This document shows, piece by piece, positions 50,695-61,950 of a DNA stretch of 64,000 nucleotides. Every line of letters starts with the position of its first letter. Within the stretch, counting starts at the first letter, position 1. The notes below the pieces were generated by a model that was given only the letters and a program-made list of their open reading frames with translations, ran no database searches and was not told the DNA's origin. Origin of the DNA: Chiloscyllium plagiosum (lineage: Eukaryota); contig NC_057754.1 of the NCBI RefSeq assembly GCF_004010195.1, forward strand, positions 8,465,023 to 8,529,022, in the 5' to 3' direction. Position numbers and translations under genes: made by a program.

Positions 50695-51874
50695 TTCAAT
50701 GAGATCTCCTTTTCCCTTACCATCTGAGGATTTCTCTTTTCCCAAATTTCTATCCCTGGTGGACTGAAATTGATGTTGGAAGTAAAACTCCGATCTGTCA
50801 GCCAACTCATAATCATTAACCCTCTCCTAATTTTTCACGATCTGGTTGTCCACATGAGTTCTCACTATTTCAGGGAATCAAGTTTTAACCACCTCCAAAA
50901 TATTCGTCTCTCTGAAAGTGGATCAAATGTATGATGCTCTTAAAGTAATTTTGATAGGTGTATAAGAACATGATTTGATCCTTTCGAACTCAATGTACCT
51001 CCTTTGATTCCTGAAACGTTGTCTATAGATTTCTGGCATTAGTTTATACACACTAGTTCATGTGCACTAGTTCCAATGGCTTGCCTCACCACCTCAAACT
51101 CCCTAGGTATCTCCTCTGACAGTGATGCGAATATCTCACTACCTCGACCTGCCAACTTTGTTTGAATCAATCATATCCGTATAGTCACTGGCCTTTTCAT
51201 TTGAGAAAGTGGCTAAACAAATTAAATATGTTCAAGTGTTGCCTAAGTTTGAGGAGAAGGATGTAGAAGCCTTTTTCATTTAAACAGATCCCCACCGGGC
51301 CTTTGGCTGCAATGGGTTTGCACGTCATCACTATCCTTCTCACTAAGCCCATCTCTACCTCTGCCTCCACCCTTTCACATCGAATTTCCTCTCCAATTGC
51401 TAACTTCTGAAGTTCACCTTCTCTCTCTTTCTCCCTTTCTTCTCTCTTTCTGCTTTCCTTCCGCTTTCAATCATAATTCAAACTGTTTTGTTTTCTTTTT
51501 TCTTCATTTTCCCTCTAATTCAAACTGCTTCATTTGCCATTGCCAGAGATTCCAGTGGCATTGCTGGCAATCATAAACGTCAAAGTATTATAACAAAAAG
51601 GATATGGGAGATATAGAATGTAGGGAAGTAGATGGTGACACCTTGAAAAATTTCCATATTACAGAGGAGTAAGTGCTGGATGTCTTGAAATGCATAAAGG
51701 TGGATAAATCCCACGACCTAGGGTTCAGAAAAGATTTACAAGGATGTTGCCAGGGTTGGAGGATTTGAGCTAAAGGGAGAGGCTGAACAGGCTGGGGCTG
51801 TTTTCCCTGGAGCGTCGGAGGCTGAGGGGTGACCTTATAGAGGTTTACAAAATTATGAGGGGTAAGGATAGGCT

Positions 51875-52603
51875 TGTAATGGAAAATTGACAAAATTAAC
51901 GTTTATTGTGAAATCTGTAAAAGAATACCTTCCTAAGTCAATTTACTGCAGACAGCCTGACTTTGCTGAATCCTGTGAACAGACAGCTTGTCCTTGCAAG
52001 TTTTGCAAACAATCTAATTCAGCAGAGTCAGGGGAAAACACAAGGGCAGGAGCAGTTTTTTCAACAGTAAAGGAATGGGAAAACAACTCCTTATATGGAA
52101 AAGGGCTTGAATTGTTCCCAAGGTGATTGTCCTTGAGGTGAGATAAGGCTTAGCGAAGTATGATATAAAGGAAATGGATGAATGCTCCGGGTGCTCCGGT
52201 TTCCTCCCACAGTCCAAAGATGTGCAGGGCCAGGTGAATTGGCCATACTGAATTGCCCGTAGTGTTAGGTAAGGGGTAAATGTAGGGGTATGGGTGGGCC
52301 GAAGGGCCTGTTTCCACACTGTAATCTAATCTAATCTAATCTAATCTAATCTAATCAACAGTAAAGGAATGGGAAAACAACTCCTTATGTGGAAAAGGGC
52401 TTGAATTGTTCCCAAGGTGATTGTCCTTGAGGTGAGATAAGGCTTAGCGAAGTATGATATAAAGGAAATGGATGAATGATACTCGGGACCCCTTGCGTAA
52501 GACATTTTGTCAAGTGTAGAGGGTCCCTTTCCAAAGGCCTGTAATAAAACTTTTTCTTTGCTCTCGCAAGCATTTGAGTCGAGTCAATTTAATTTCCATG
52601 ACA
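51875..52603 (+). mobile_element. Solo LTR
   Basis: TGTAATGGAAAATT...AATTTCCATGACA termini, 5-bp TSD aggct/aggat, AATAAA at ~52543. Confidence 0.85.
52185..52354 (+). mobile_element. 5'-truncated V-SINE inside the solo LTR
   Basis: V-domain 3' half plus ~7 TAATC units, flanked by a 124-bp direct repeat. Confidence 0.9.
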
Positions 52604-54914
52604 AGGATAAATAGACAAAGTTTTTTTCCCTGGTGTTGGGGAGTCCAGAACTGGACGGCCTAGGTTTAGGGTGAGAGGGGAAAGATATAAAAGAGACCTA
52701 AGGGGCAGCTTTTTCACTCAGAGGGTGGTACGTGTATGGAATGAGCTGCCAGAGGAAGTAGTGGAGGCAGCTACAATTGCAACATTTAAAAGGATGGGTA
52801 CATGAATAGGAAGGGTTTGGAGGGATATGGGCCGGGTGCTGACAGGTGGGACTAGATTGGGTTGGGATATCCGGTTGTCATGGATGGGTTGGACCGAAGG
52901 GTCTGTTTCCATGCTGTACATCTCTATGACCTGATCAGGTGTACCCTAGAACTCTGTGGGAAGCTAGAGAAGTGATTGCTGGGTCTCTTGCTAAAAGATT
53001 CGTATCATTGATGATACCGGAGGTGAGGTGCCGGAAAACTGGAGGTTGGCTAATGTGGTGCCACTGTTTAAAAAGGGTGGTAAGGACAAGCCTGGAAACT
53101 ATGGACCAGTGAGCCTGACGTCAGTGGTGGGCAAGTTGTTGGAAGGAATCCTGAGGGACAGGATGTACATGTATTTGGAAAGGCAAGGACTGATTAGGGA
53201 TAGTCATCATGCTTTTTGTGTGGGAAATCATGTCTCACAAACTTGATTGAGTTTTTTGAAGAAGTAACAAAGACGATTGATGAGGGCAGAGTGATAGATG
53301 TGATCTATATGGACCTCAGTAAGGTATTCGACAAGGTTCCCCATGGGAGACTAGTTAGCAAGGTTAGATCTCATGGAATACAGGGAGAACTAGCCATTTG
53401 GATACAGAACTGGCTCAAAGGTAGAAGACAGAGGGTGGTGGTAGAGGGTTGTTTTTCAGACTGAGGCCTGTGACCAGTGGAGTGCCACAAGGTTCGGTGC
53501 TGGGCCCTCTAATTTTTGTCATTTACATAAATGATTTGGATGCGAGCATAAGAGGTACAGTTAGTAAGTTTGCAGATCACACCAAAATTGGAGATGTAGT
53601 GGACAGCAAAGAGGGTTACCTCAGATTACAACAGGATCTTGACCAGATGGGCCAATGGGCTGAGAAGTGGCAGGTGGAGTTTGATTTAGATAAATGTGGC
53701 ATGCTGCATTTTGGAAAAGTAAATCCCAAGGTAAGGTCCTTGGGAGTGTTGCTGAACAAAGAGACCTTGGAGTGCAGGTTCATAGCTCCTTGAAAGTGGA
53801 GTCGCAGGTAGACAGGATTGTGAAGAAGGCATTTGGTATGCTTTCCTTTACTGGTCAGAGCATTGAGTACAGGAGTTGGGAGGTCATGTTGCAGTTGTAT
53901 AGGACGTTGGTTAGGCCACTGTTGGAATATTGTGTGCAATTCTGGTCTCCTTCCTATCGAAAAGATGTTGTAAAACTTGTAAATCTTATCTGAATCCTTT
54001 CAAGGATGTTGCCAGGGTTGGAGGATTTGAGCTATAGGGAAAGGTTGAACAGGCTGGGGCTGTTTTTCCTGGACCATTGGAGGCTGAGGGGTGACATTAT
54101 AGAGGTTTATAAAATCATGAGGGGTATGGATAGGATAAATAGACAAGGTCTTTTCCCTGAGGTGGGGGAGTCCAGAACTAGAGGGCATAGGTTTAGGGTG
54201 AGAGGGGAAAGATATAAAAGAGACCTAAGGGGCAACTTTTCACTCAGAGGGTGGTACATGTATGGAATGAGCTGCCAGAGGAAGTGGTGGAGGCTGGTAC
54301 AATTAGAACAGCTAAAAGGCATCTGGATGCGTATATGAATAGAAAGAGTTTGGATGGATATGGGCCAGGTGCTGGCAGGTCGGACTAGATTATCTGGTAA
54401 GGATATCTGGTCAGCATGGTTGGGTTGGACCGAAGGGTCTGTTTCCATGCTGTACATCTCTATGACTCTAATTACCATCCCTTTTCGCATTGTCAAAGGC
54501 AACCCCAATTCCAGCTGGTCTATCAATTCTAAAGGCTTGCCTTTCTCACTTCCTGTAAAACTCCCTACGTGACCTCTTCCACCCCGAGGGAATTCATAGT
54601 GACTGAACGAGCTATCACGAGACAAAGCACACCCTGTTTAAACCAACCGAAACACAAGACGTTAACATTACCATTCGCTAGTAATCCTAAACCCAACTTG
54701 GAATTAGAGATCCCAACAAGAGCTTCCAATTTATTATGGACCACACCAGACCCCCTCAAAGTGTATCAAGAAGGTAGCCTCGACTCTACCTTTCCCTTAT
54801 TTCCAAGCTAAAATTGAGGTGCTGTGTTTCAGATGCAATTCAATTGGTCAACTTGTTTGACCTTAAGCAAAACACAATTTATTCAAACACGATTGTTGGA
54901 TTGAGTTAAAATTC

Positions 54915-55610
54915 AAAATGCATTAAGATCGATAAATCCCGGAGGACCTGATGAAGTATATCCGAGGGCTTTGTGGGAGACTGGGGAGGAAATTGCAGTA
55001 TCTATAGAAAAGATCATTAACAGCCATGAGTGATGTGCCCAAAGATTGGAGAGTGGCTAACATTGTGCCACTATTTATGAAAGACCGCAGGGAAATACCT
55101 GGGAGCTACAAAGCTGTGAGGCTAACGTCTGCGGTGTGCACGTTGTGTGAGGGGAATTCTGAGAGATAGGATCTACAAGTATTTGGAAAGGCAAGGATTC
55201 ATTCGGATGGTCAGCTTGGCTTTGTGCTTGGGAAATCGTGTCTCACAAATTTGATTGAGTTTTTTTGAGGCACTGACCAATAAAGTAGGTGAGGCAGTAT
55301 GCTAGACATTGTCTTGATGGATTTTAGCAAGGCTGCCTGCTAAGTCGTTGAGTAAGATTCAATCTCATGGGATCCACAGAGAGCTAGCGAATTGGATACA
55401 AAGTTGGCTTGACTGTCGAAGACAGAGAGTGGTGGCAGAGGATTGTTTTCAAACTGGATGCCCGTGATCAATGGTGTGCCACTGGGCATGGTGCTGGCAC
55501 CACTATTATTCGTCTTGGGTGAGAAGTTTGGAGGTATGGTTAGTACGATTACAGATGGCACCAAGATTAGTGGTGCATTGGACAGTGAAGAATATTATCA
55601 AGGTCTTATT
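54915..55610 (+). mobile_element. Older CR1 RT fragment
   Basis: Degenerate WRVANIVPLF, SCLTNLIEFF and GVPLGMVLAPLLF. Confidence 0.85.
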
Positions 55611-55649
55611 GCATTCCCAGATATTTTGAGTAGGAATTCCTGAATTCAG

Positions 55650-56495
55650 AACATAGAAAATTACAGCACAGTACTGGCCCTTCAGCCCTCGATGTTGTGC
55701 CGACCTGTGAAACCAATCTGAAGCCCATTGAACCTACCCTATTCCATTTTCACCCATATGTCTATTCAATGACCATTTAAATGTCCTTAAAGTTAATGAA
55801 CCTACTACTGTTGCAGGCAGTGTGTTCCACATCCCTAGTGCTCTCTGAGTAAAGAAACTACCTCTGACATCTGTCCTGTATCTATCACCCCTCAATTTAA
55901 AACTATGTCCCCTTATGCTAGTCATCACCATCCAAGGAAAAAGGCTCTCACTGTCCACCCTATCTAACCCTCTGATCATCTTGTATGTTTCTAGAGAGAA
56001 GAAGGTGAAGAGGTGGCTTAATAATGAAAACAGCCTCAAGTCCCTCAGTCTTTCCTCATAAGACCTTCCCTCCAGACCAGGCAACATCCTAGTAAATCTC
56101 CTCTGTACCCTTTCCAATGCTCCACATCCTTCCTATAATTTGTGGCAACCAGAACTGCATGCAATACTCCAAATATAGCCGCACCAGAGTTTTGTACAGC
56201 TGCAGCATGACCTCATGGCTCCAAAACTCAATCCCTCTACCAATAAAAGCTAACACACCATATGCCTTCTTAACACCCTATCAACCTGGGTGGCAACTTT
56301 CAGGGATCTATGTACATGGACACCGAGATCTCTCTGTTCATCTACACAACCAAGAATCTTACCATTCGCCCAGGATTCTTTATTCCTGTTGCTCCTTCCA
56401 AAGTGAATCACCTCACATTTTTCCGCATTAAACTCCATTTGCCACCTCCCAGTCCAGCTCTTCAGCTTATCTATGTCCCTCTGTAACCTGCAACA
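55650..56495 (-). mobile_element. CR1 3' fragment
   Basis: ORFs 55734-56117 and 56250-56438. Confidence 0.9.
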
Positions 56496-57139
56496 AAGGG
56501 GTTTGAGGAGCAGAAGGTTCTATCAGTGGTAGCAAGATGAACAAAATCACAGACGCTTGAAAGCAGAATTAAAATTCTTCAAAGGGTTATGGCAGTGGAG
56601 GAGCGTTCAGAGTTAGAGAGGGTTGATTTGTGAACCAGAATGAAAATTTAAAAAATGATGCATCACTAGAATGAAGTTCAAGCGCCAGAGAGATGTTTGA
56701 CCACTTTATGAATAATTGACGGACTTAACTGACCGCTGTCTTCACCTGCTCCAGATCCATTCTCCCTGTGGATGGGAATGTTCAGTACTCCAGATGCCCT
56801 CAGGTTCCATGGTGCATTGTCCATGGAGTAAACTGCTAACATTTACCTGATCTGACCTGAGTTCAATATTCTGAAGGACCTAGATAAGGTCAGTCTCCAA
56901 ACTCCAGTCAAAATGGGGTCAGTCAACTTGAGACTAGTTTCAGGTGAGAGGGGAGAAAGAAATTCAGATCTCTGATTTTTTTTTTTAAACTTGGAAAAAA
57001 GTGCAAAGCAAAGGAATTGAAACTGGAATGGGTCCTTCAAGACTAGCCAAAAGTGATCTGGATCACATTAGAATAATCGCTTCTGGTAATCTATGATCTG
57101 TTTTAAGCTTCCTTCTCTTCTCTGTAAATACATTAGGAG

Positions 57140-57730
57140 TGTTTCACAGTGGTTTACTAAATTGATTCCTGGAATAAGCAGGGTTTTTTAAAATGAGGGA
57201 TGTATAGACAAACCGGGCTTGTTTCACTGAAAGTTCAAAGAGTGAGGGGAAACTTGATTGAAGTGTATAAGATCCTGAATGGGCTTGATCAGGTGAATGA
57301 GGGAAAGACATTTCCCCTTGTGGGTCAGTCTGGAACTAGGGGGCACATTATTATAATTAGGGCTCACTCTTTTAGAACAAAAATAAGGAAAAATGATGGT
57401 TCTTTTGCAACTGTCTTGGAAGGCAGTGGGATCATTGAATTTTTTTTTAAGATGGAGGTACATAAGTTCTTGTTAGGCACCGGAATCAAATATTATTGGG
57501 GTGGCAGGAAGATGGAATTTGGAACAAACAGATCACCCATTGTCCTCATGAGTGGCCGAGCAGGTTGGAGGGGCTTCTGCACCGACTTCATTCCTCTAAC
57601 AGGGGGCACTTTATCAATACTAATAATATCCTAGGATGTTATGTATTTCGTAAAGAATACAAAAGCAAACAAGTGAGACCACACCTGGTGCATTGCATGC
57701 AATTTTGGTCTCCATTCCTAAAAGAGGATA
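57140..57730 (+). mobile_element. Old CR1 3' fragments
   Basis: RGNLIEVYKILNGLD and VRPHLVHCMQFWSP. Confidence 0.8.
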
Positions 57731-57824
57731 AAGTCAAAAAACACATGACACTGGATTTTAGTCCAAAAGGGTTATTTAAAACCACAAGCCTTTCAAAGCC
57801 GCCCCTCAAATGGTTCTGATGCAG

Positions 57825-58130
57825 TGAGATTCACCCTCAGAATAATGCCAGTGTATTTAGATCCATCTTCTTAATCGTAATCGCTCATGGGAGATTCACG
57901 TGCCCAATGATTCCGGTTTAGTCAGATTCACAAACAGAAGAATTCTGCTTCAGCCAGATTCACACTCAGAATCATTCCACACTGGTCAAATCACACTCAA
58001 AGTATTTCTGGTCCAGTAAGTCTCGCACTCAGAATGAGTCAAGTTTGGTCAGACTTATACTCAGAATGATTCCATTCTAGTCGGATTCACACTCGGGATG
58101 TCCCGGTTTGGTTAGATTCACATTCAGAGG
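57825..58130. repeat. 32-bp satellite, degenerate left block
   Basis: cacactcagaatgattcc.gt.tagtcagatt-like units. Confidence 0.75.
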
Positions 58131-61100
58131 GCATCCAGTCTGGTCACTATTATAAAGCACCCAGTCCGGTCACCATTATAACACATCCAGTCCAGTCACC
58201 ATTATAAAGCATCCAGTCCAGTCATCAATATAATGCATCCAGTCCGGTCACCATTATAACGCATCCAGTCCGGTCACCATTATAACGCATCCAGTCCTGT
58301 CATCAATATAATGCATCCAGTCCAGTCACCATTATAAAGCATTCAGTCCGGTCACCATTATAATGCATCCAGTCCAGTCACCATTATAAAGCATCCAGTC
58401 CGGTCACCATTGTAACGCATCCAGTCCGGTCATCATTTTAATGCATCCAGTCCAGTCACCATTATAAATCATCCAGTTGGTCACCATTATAATGCATCCA
58501 GTCATAAATCATCCAGTTGGTCACCATTATAATGCATCCAGTCTGGCAATTATAAAGCACTCAGTCTGGTCACCATTATAACACATCCAGTCGGTCATCA
58601 ATATAATGCATCCAGTCCAGTCACCATTATAAATCATCCAGTTGGTCACCATTATAATGCATCCAGTCTGGCAATTATAAAGCACTCAGTCTGGTCACCA
58701 TTATAACGCATCCAGTCCAATCATCAATATAATGCATCCAGTCCAGTCACCATTATAACACATCCAGTCGGTCATCAATATAATGCATCCAGTCCAGTCA
58801 CCATTATAACACATCCAGTCGGTCATCAATATAATACATCCAGTCCAGCCACCATTATAACTTATCCAGTCCGGTCACCATTATAACGTATCCAGTCCAG
58901 TCACCATTATAAAATATCCAGTCCAGTCACCATTATAACGCATCCAGTCCGGTCACCATTATGACGCATCCAGTCCAGTCACCATTATAACGCATACAGT
59001 CCGGTCACCATTATAACGTATCCAGTCCAGTCACCATTAAAACGCGTCCAGTCCAGTCACCATTATAATATATCCAGACCAGTCACCATTATAACGCATC
59101 CAGTATGGTCACCATTATAACGCATCCAGTCCAGTCACAATTATAACGTATCCAGTCCAATCATCAATATAATGCATCCAGTCCAGTCACCATTATAAAG
59201 CATCCAGTCCAGTTATCATTATAACATATCCAGTCCAGTCGCCATTATAACACATCCAGTCCAGTCACCATTATAACACATCCAGTCCAGTCACCATTAT
59301 AACGCATCCAGTCCGGTCACCATTAAAACATATCCAGTCTGGTCACCATTAAAACGTATCCAGTCCGGTCATCAATATAATGTATCAAGTCCGGTCACCA
59401 TTAAACACATCCAGTCCAGTCACCATTATAACGCATCCAGTCCAGTCACCATTATAATGTATCCAGTCCGGTCATCAACATAATGCATCCAGTCCGGTCA
59501 TCAACACGGGTCACCATTATAATGCACACAGTCTGGTAACCATTATAAGAGATCCAGTCTGTTCACCATTATAATGCATCCAGTTCAGTCACCATTGTAA
59601 AGCATCCAGTCTGGTCACAATTATAACGCATCCAGTCCAGTCACCATTATAAAGCATCAAGTCGGGTCACCATTATATTGCACACAGTCTGGTAACCATT
59701 ATAACAGATCCAGTCTGGTCACCATTATAACGCATCCAGTCTGGTCACCATTGTAAAGCATCCAGTCCGGTCATCAACATAATGCATCCAGCCCGGTCAT
59801 CAACACGGGTCACCATTATAATGCACACAGTCTGGTAACCATTATAAGAGATCCAGTCTGTTCACCATTATAACGCATCCAGTCCAGTCACCATTATAAC
59901 GCATCCAGTCCGGCCACCATTATAACGCATCCAGTCCAGTCACCGTTATAAAGCATCAAGTCGGGTCACCATTATATTGCACACAGTCTGGTAACCATTA
60001 TAACAGATCCAGTCTGGTCACCATTATAACGCATCCAGTCTGGTCACCATTGTAAAGCATCCAGTCCGGTCACAATTATAAAGCATCCAGTCCGGTCACC
60101 ATTATAAAGCAACCAGTCCGGTCACCATTATAACGCATCCAGTCTGGCAATTATAAAGCACCCAGTCCAGTCACCATTATAACGTATTCAGTCCAGTCAC
60201 CATTATAACATATCCAGTCCAATCATCAATATAATGCATCCAGTCCAGTCACCATTATAAAGCATCCAGTCCAGTTATCATTATAACATATCCAGTCCAG
60301 TCGCCATTATAACACATCCAGTCCGGTCACCATTATAACACATCCAGTCCAGTCGCCATTATAACACATCCAGTACGGTCACCATTATAACACATCCAGT
60401 CCAGTCACCATTGTAACGCATCCAGTACGGTCACCATTATAACACATCCAGTCCAGTCGCCATTATAACACATACAGTCAGTCATCAATATAACGCATCC
60501 AGTCCGGTCACCATTATAACATATCCAGTCCAGTCACCGTTATAAAGCATCAAGTCGGGTCACCATTATATTGCACACAGTCTGGTAACCATTATAACAG
60601 ATCCAGTCTGGTCACCATTATAACGCATCCAGTCTGGTCACCATTGTAACACATCCAGTCCAATCACCATTATAATGCATCCAGTCCGGTCACCATTATA
60701 ACACAGTCCGGTCACCATTATAACGCATCCAGTCCAGTCACCATTATAACACATCCAGTCCAGTCACCATTATAATGTATCCAGTCCGGTCATCAATATA
60801 ATGCATCCAGTCCAGTCACCATTATAACGCATCCAGTCCAGTCACCATTAGAACGCATCCAGTCCAGTCACCATTATAACGCATCCAGTCCAGTCACCAT
60901 TATAATGTATCCAGTCCGGTCATCAACATAATGCATTCAGTCCAGTCACCATTATAAAGCATCCAGTCCGGTCACCATTATAATGCACACAGTCTGGTAA
61001 CCATTATAACAGATCCAGTCTGGTCACCATTATAACGCATCCAGTCCAGTCACCATTAAAACGTATCTAGTCCAGTCACCATTAAAACGTATCTAGTCCA

Positions 61101-61950
61101 GTCACCATTATAACGCATCCAGTCCAGTCACCATTATAACACATCCAGTCCAGTCACCATTATAACGTATCCAGTCCAGTCACCATTATAACATATCCAG
61201 TCCAGTTATCATTATAACGTATCCAGTCCAGTCACCATTATAACATATCCAGTCCAGTCACCATTATAACGTATCCAGTCCAGTCACCATTATAACACAT
61301 TCAGTCTAGTCACCGTTATAAAGCATCAAGTCGGGTCACCATTATAAGCACACAGTCTGGTAACCATTATAACAGATCCAGTCTGGTCACCATTATAACG
61401 CATCCAGTCCAGTCACCATTGTAAAGCATCCAGTCCGGTCACAATTATAACGCATCCAGTCCGGTCACCATTATAATGTATCCAGTCCGGTCACCATTAT
61501 AATGCATCCAGTCCAGTCACCATTATAACGTATCCAGTCCAGTCACCATTATAACGCATCCAGTCCGGTCACCATTAAAACGTATCCAGTCCGGTCGTCA
61601 ATATAATGCATCCAGTCCAGTCACCATTATAACGCATCCAGTCCAGTCACCATTATAACACATCCAGTCCAGTCACCATTATAACGCATCCAGTCCAGTC
61701 ACCATTATCATGGATCCAGTCCAGTCACCATTATAACGCATCCAGTCTGGTCATAATTATAATACATCCAGTCTGGTAATTAAAGATCATCCAGTCCAGT
61801 CACCATTATAACGCATCCAGTCTGGTAATTATAAATCATCCAGTCCGGTCAAAATTATAACGCATCCAGTCTGGTCACCATTATAAAGCATCCAGTCTTT
61901 TCACTATTATAACGCATCCAGTCTGGTCACTATTATAACGATTCCAGTCC
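58131..61950. repeat. 26-bp tandem array (~145 units)
   Basis: Consensus GCATCCAGTCC(A/G)GTCACCATTATAAC. Confidence 0.98.

Larger units (their letters stand above)
51719..52930 (+). mobile_element. 5'-truncated CR1 B nested in CR1 A
   Basis: Runs from RVQKRFTRM to a tctatgac tail; gacct on both sides. Confidence 0.8.
51590..54468 (+). mobile_element. CR1 ORF2 (RT) fragment A, hosting nested insertions
   Basis: ORFs 53028-54338 carry WRLANVVPLFKKG, SCLTNLIEFF, GVPQGSVLGP and KFADHTK. Sequence broken at 51718 resumes at ~52931. Confidence 0.95.
45587..54895 (-). mobile_element. Decayed Gmr1-like Ty3/Gypsy retrotransposon (gag-PR-IN-RT)
   Basis: On the minus strand: LTR end ~54895-54733; degenerate tRNA-Pro-like PBS ~54731-54712; gag (LGVEEVT, LPKFEEKDVEAFF, PEIYRQRFRN, CFHSNKVGHMKLEC); protease (IQFILGND ~49250); integrase (HLG..CQTC..CQ, MDV..F.EAI, IRSDQGSNF, ~48400-47300); RT start (WSSPIIMVPKPD ~45720); 3' LTR end 45680-45587. 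Confidence 0.85.

Noticed and set aside
50800..51040. Domesticated SCAN exon
   Set aside because: It contains stops, indels and a local duplication, and there is no evidence of splicing to a ZNF exon.
53028..54338. Functional reverse transcriptase gene
   Set aside because: Multiple frameshifts, a FADH catalytic change, a micro-inversion and 5' truncation make this a dead CR1.
56740..56830. Possible minus-strand exon (CAG|GTGAAG donor)
   Set aside because: Only a weak splice signal with no recognisable protein similarity.
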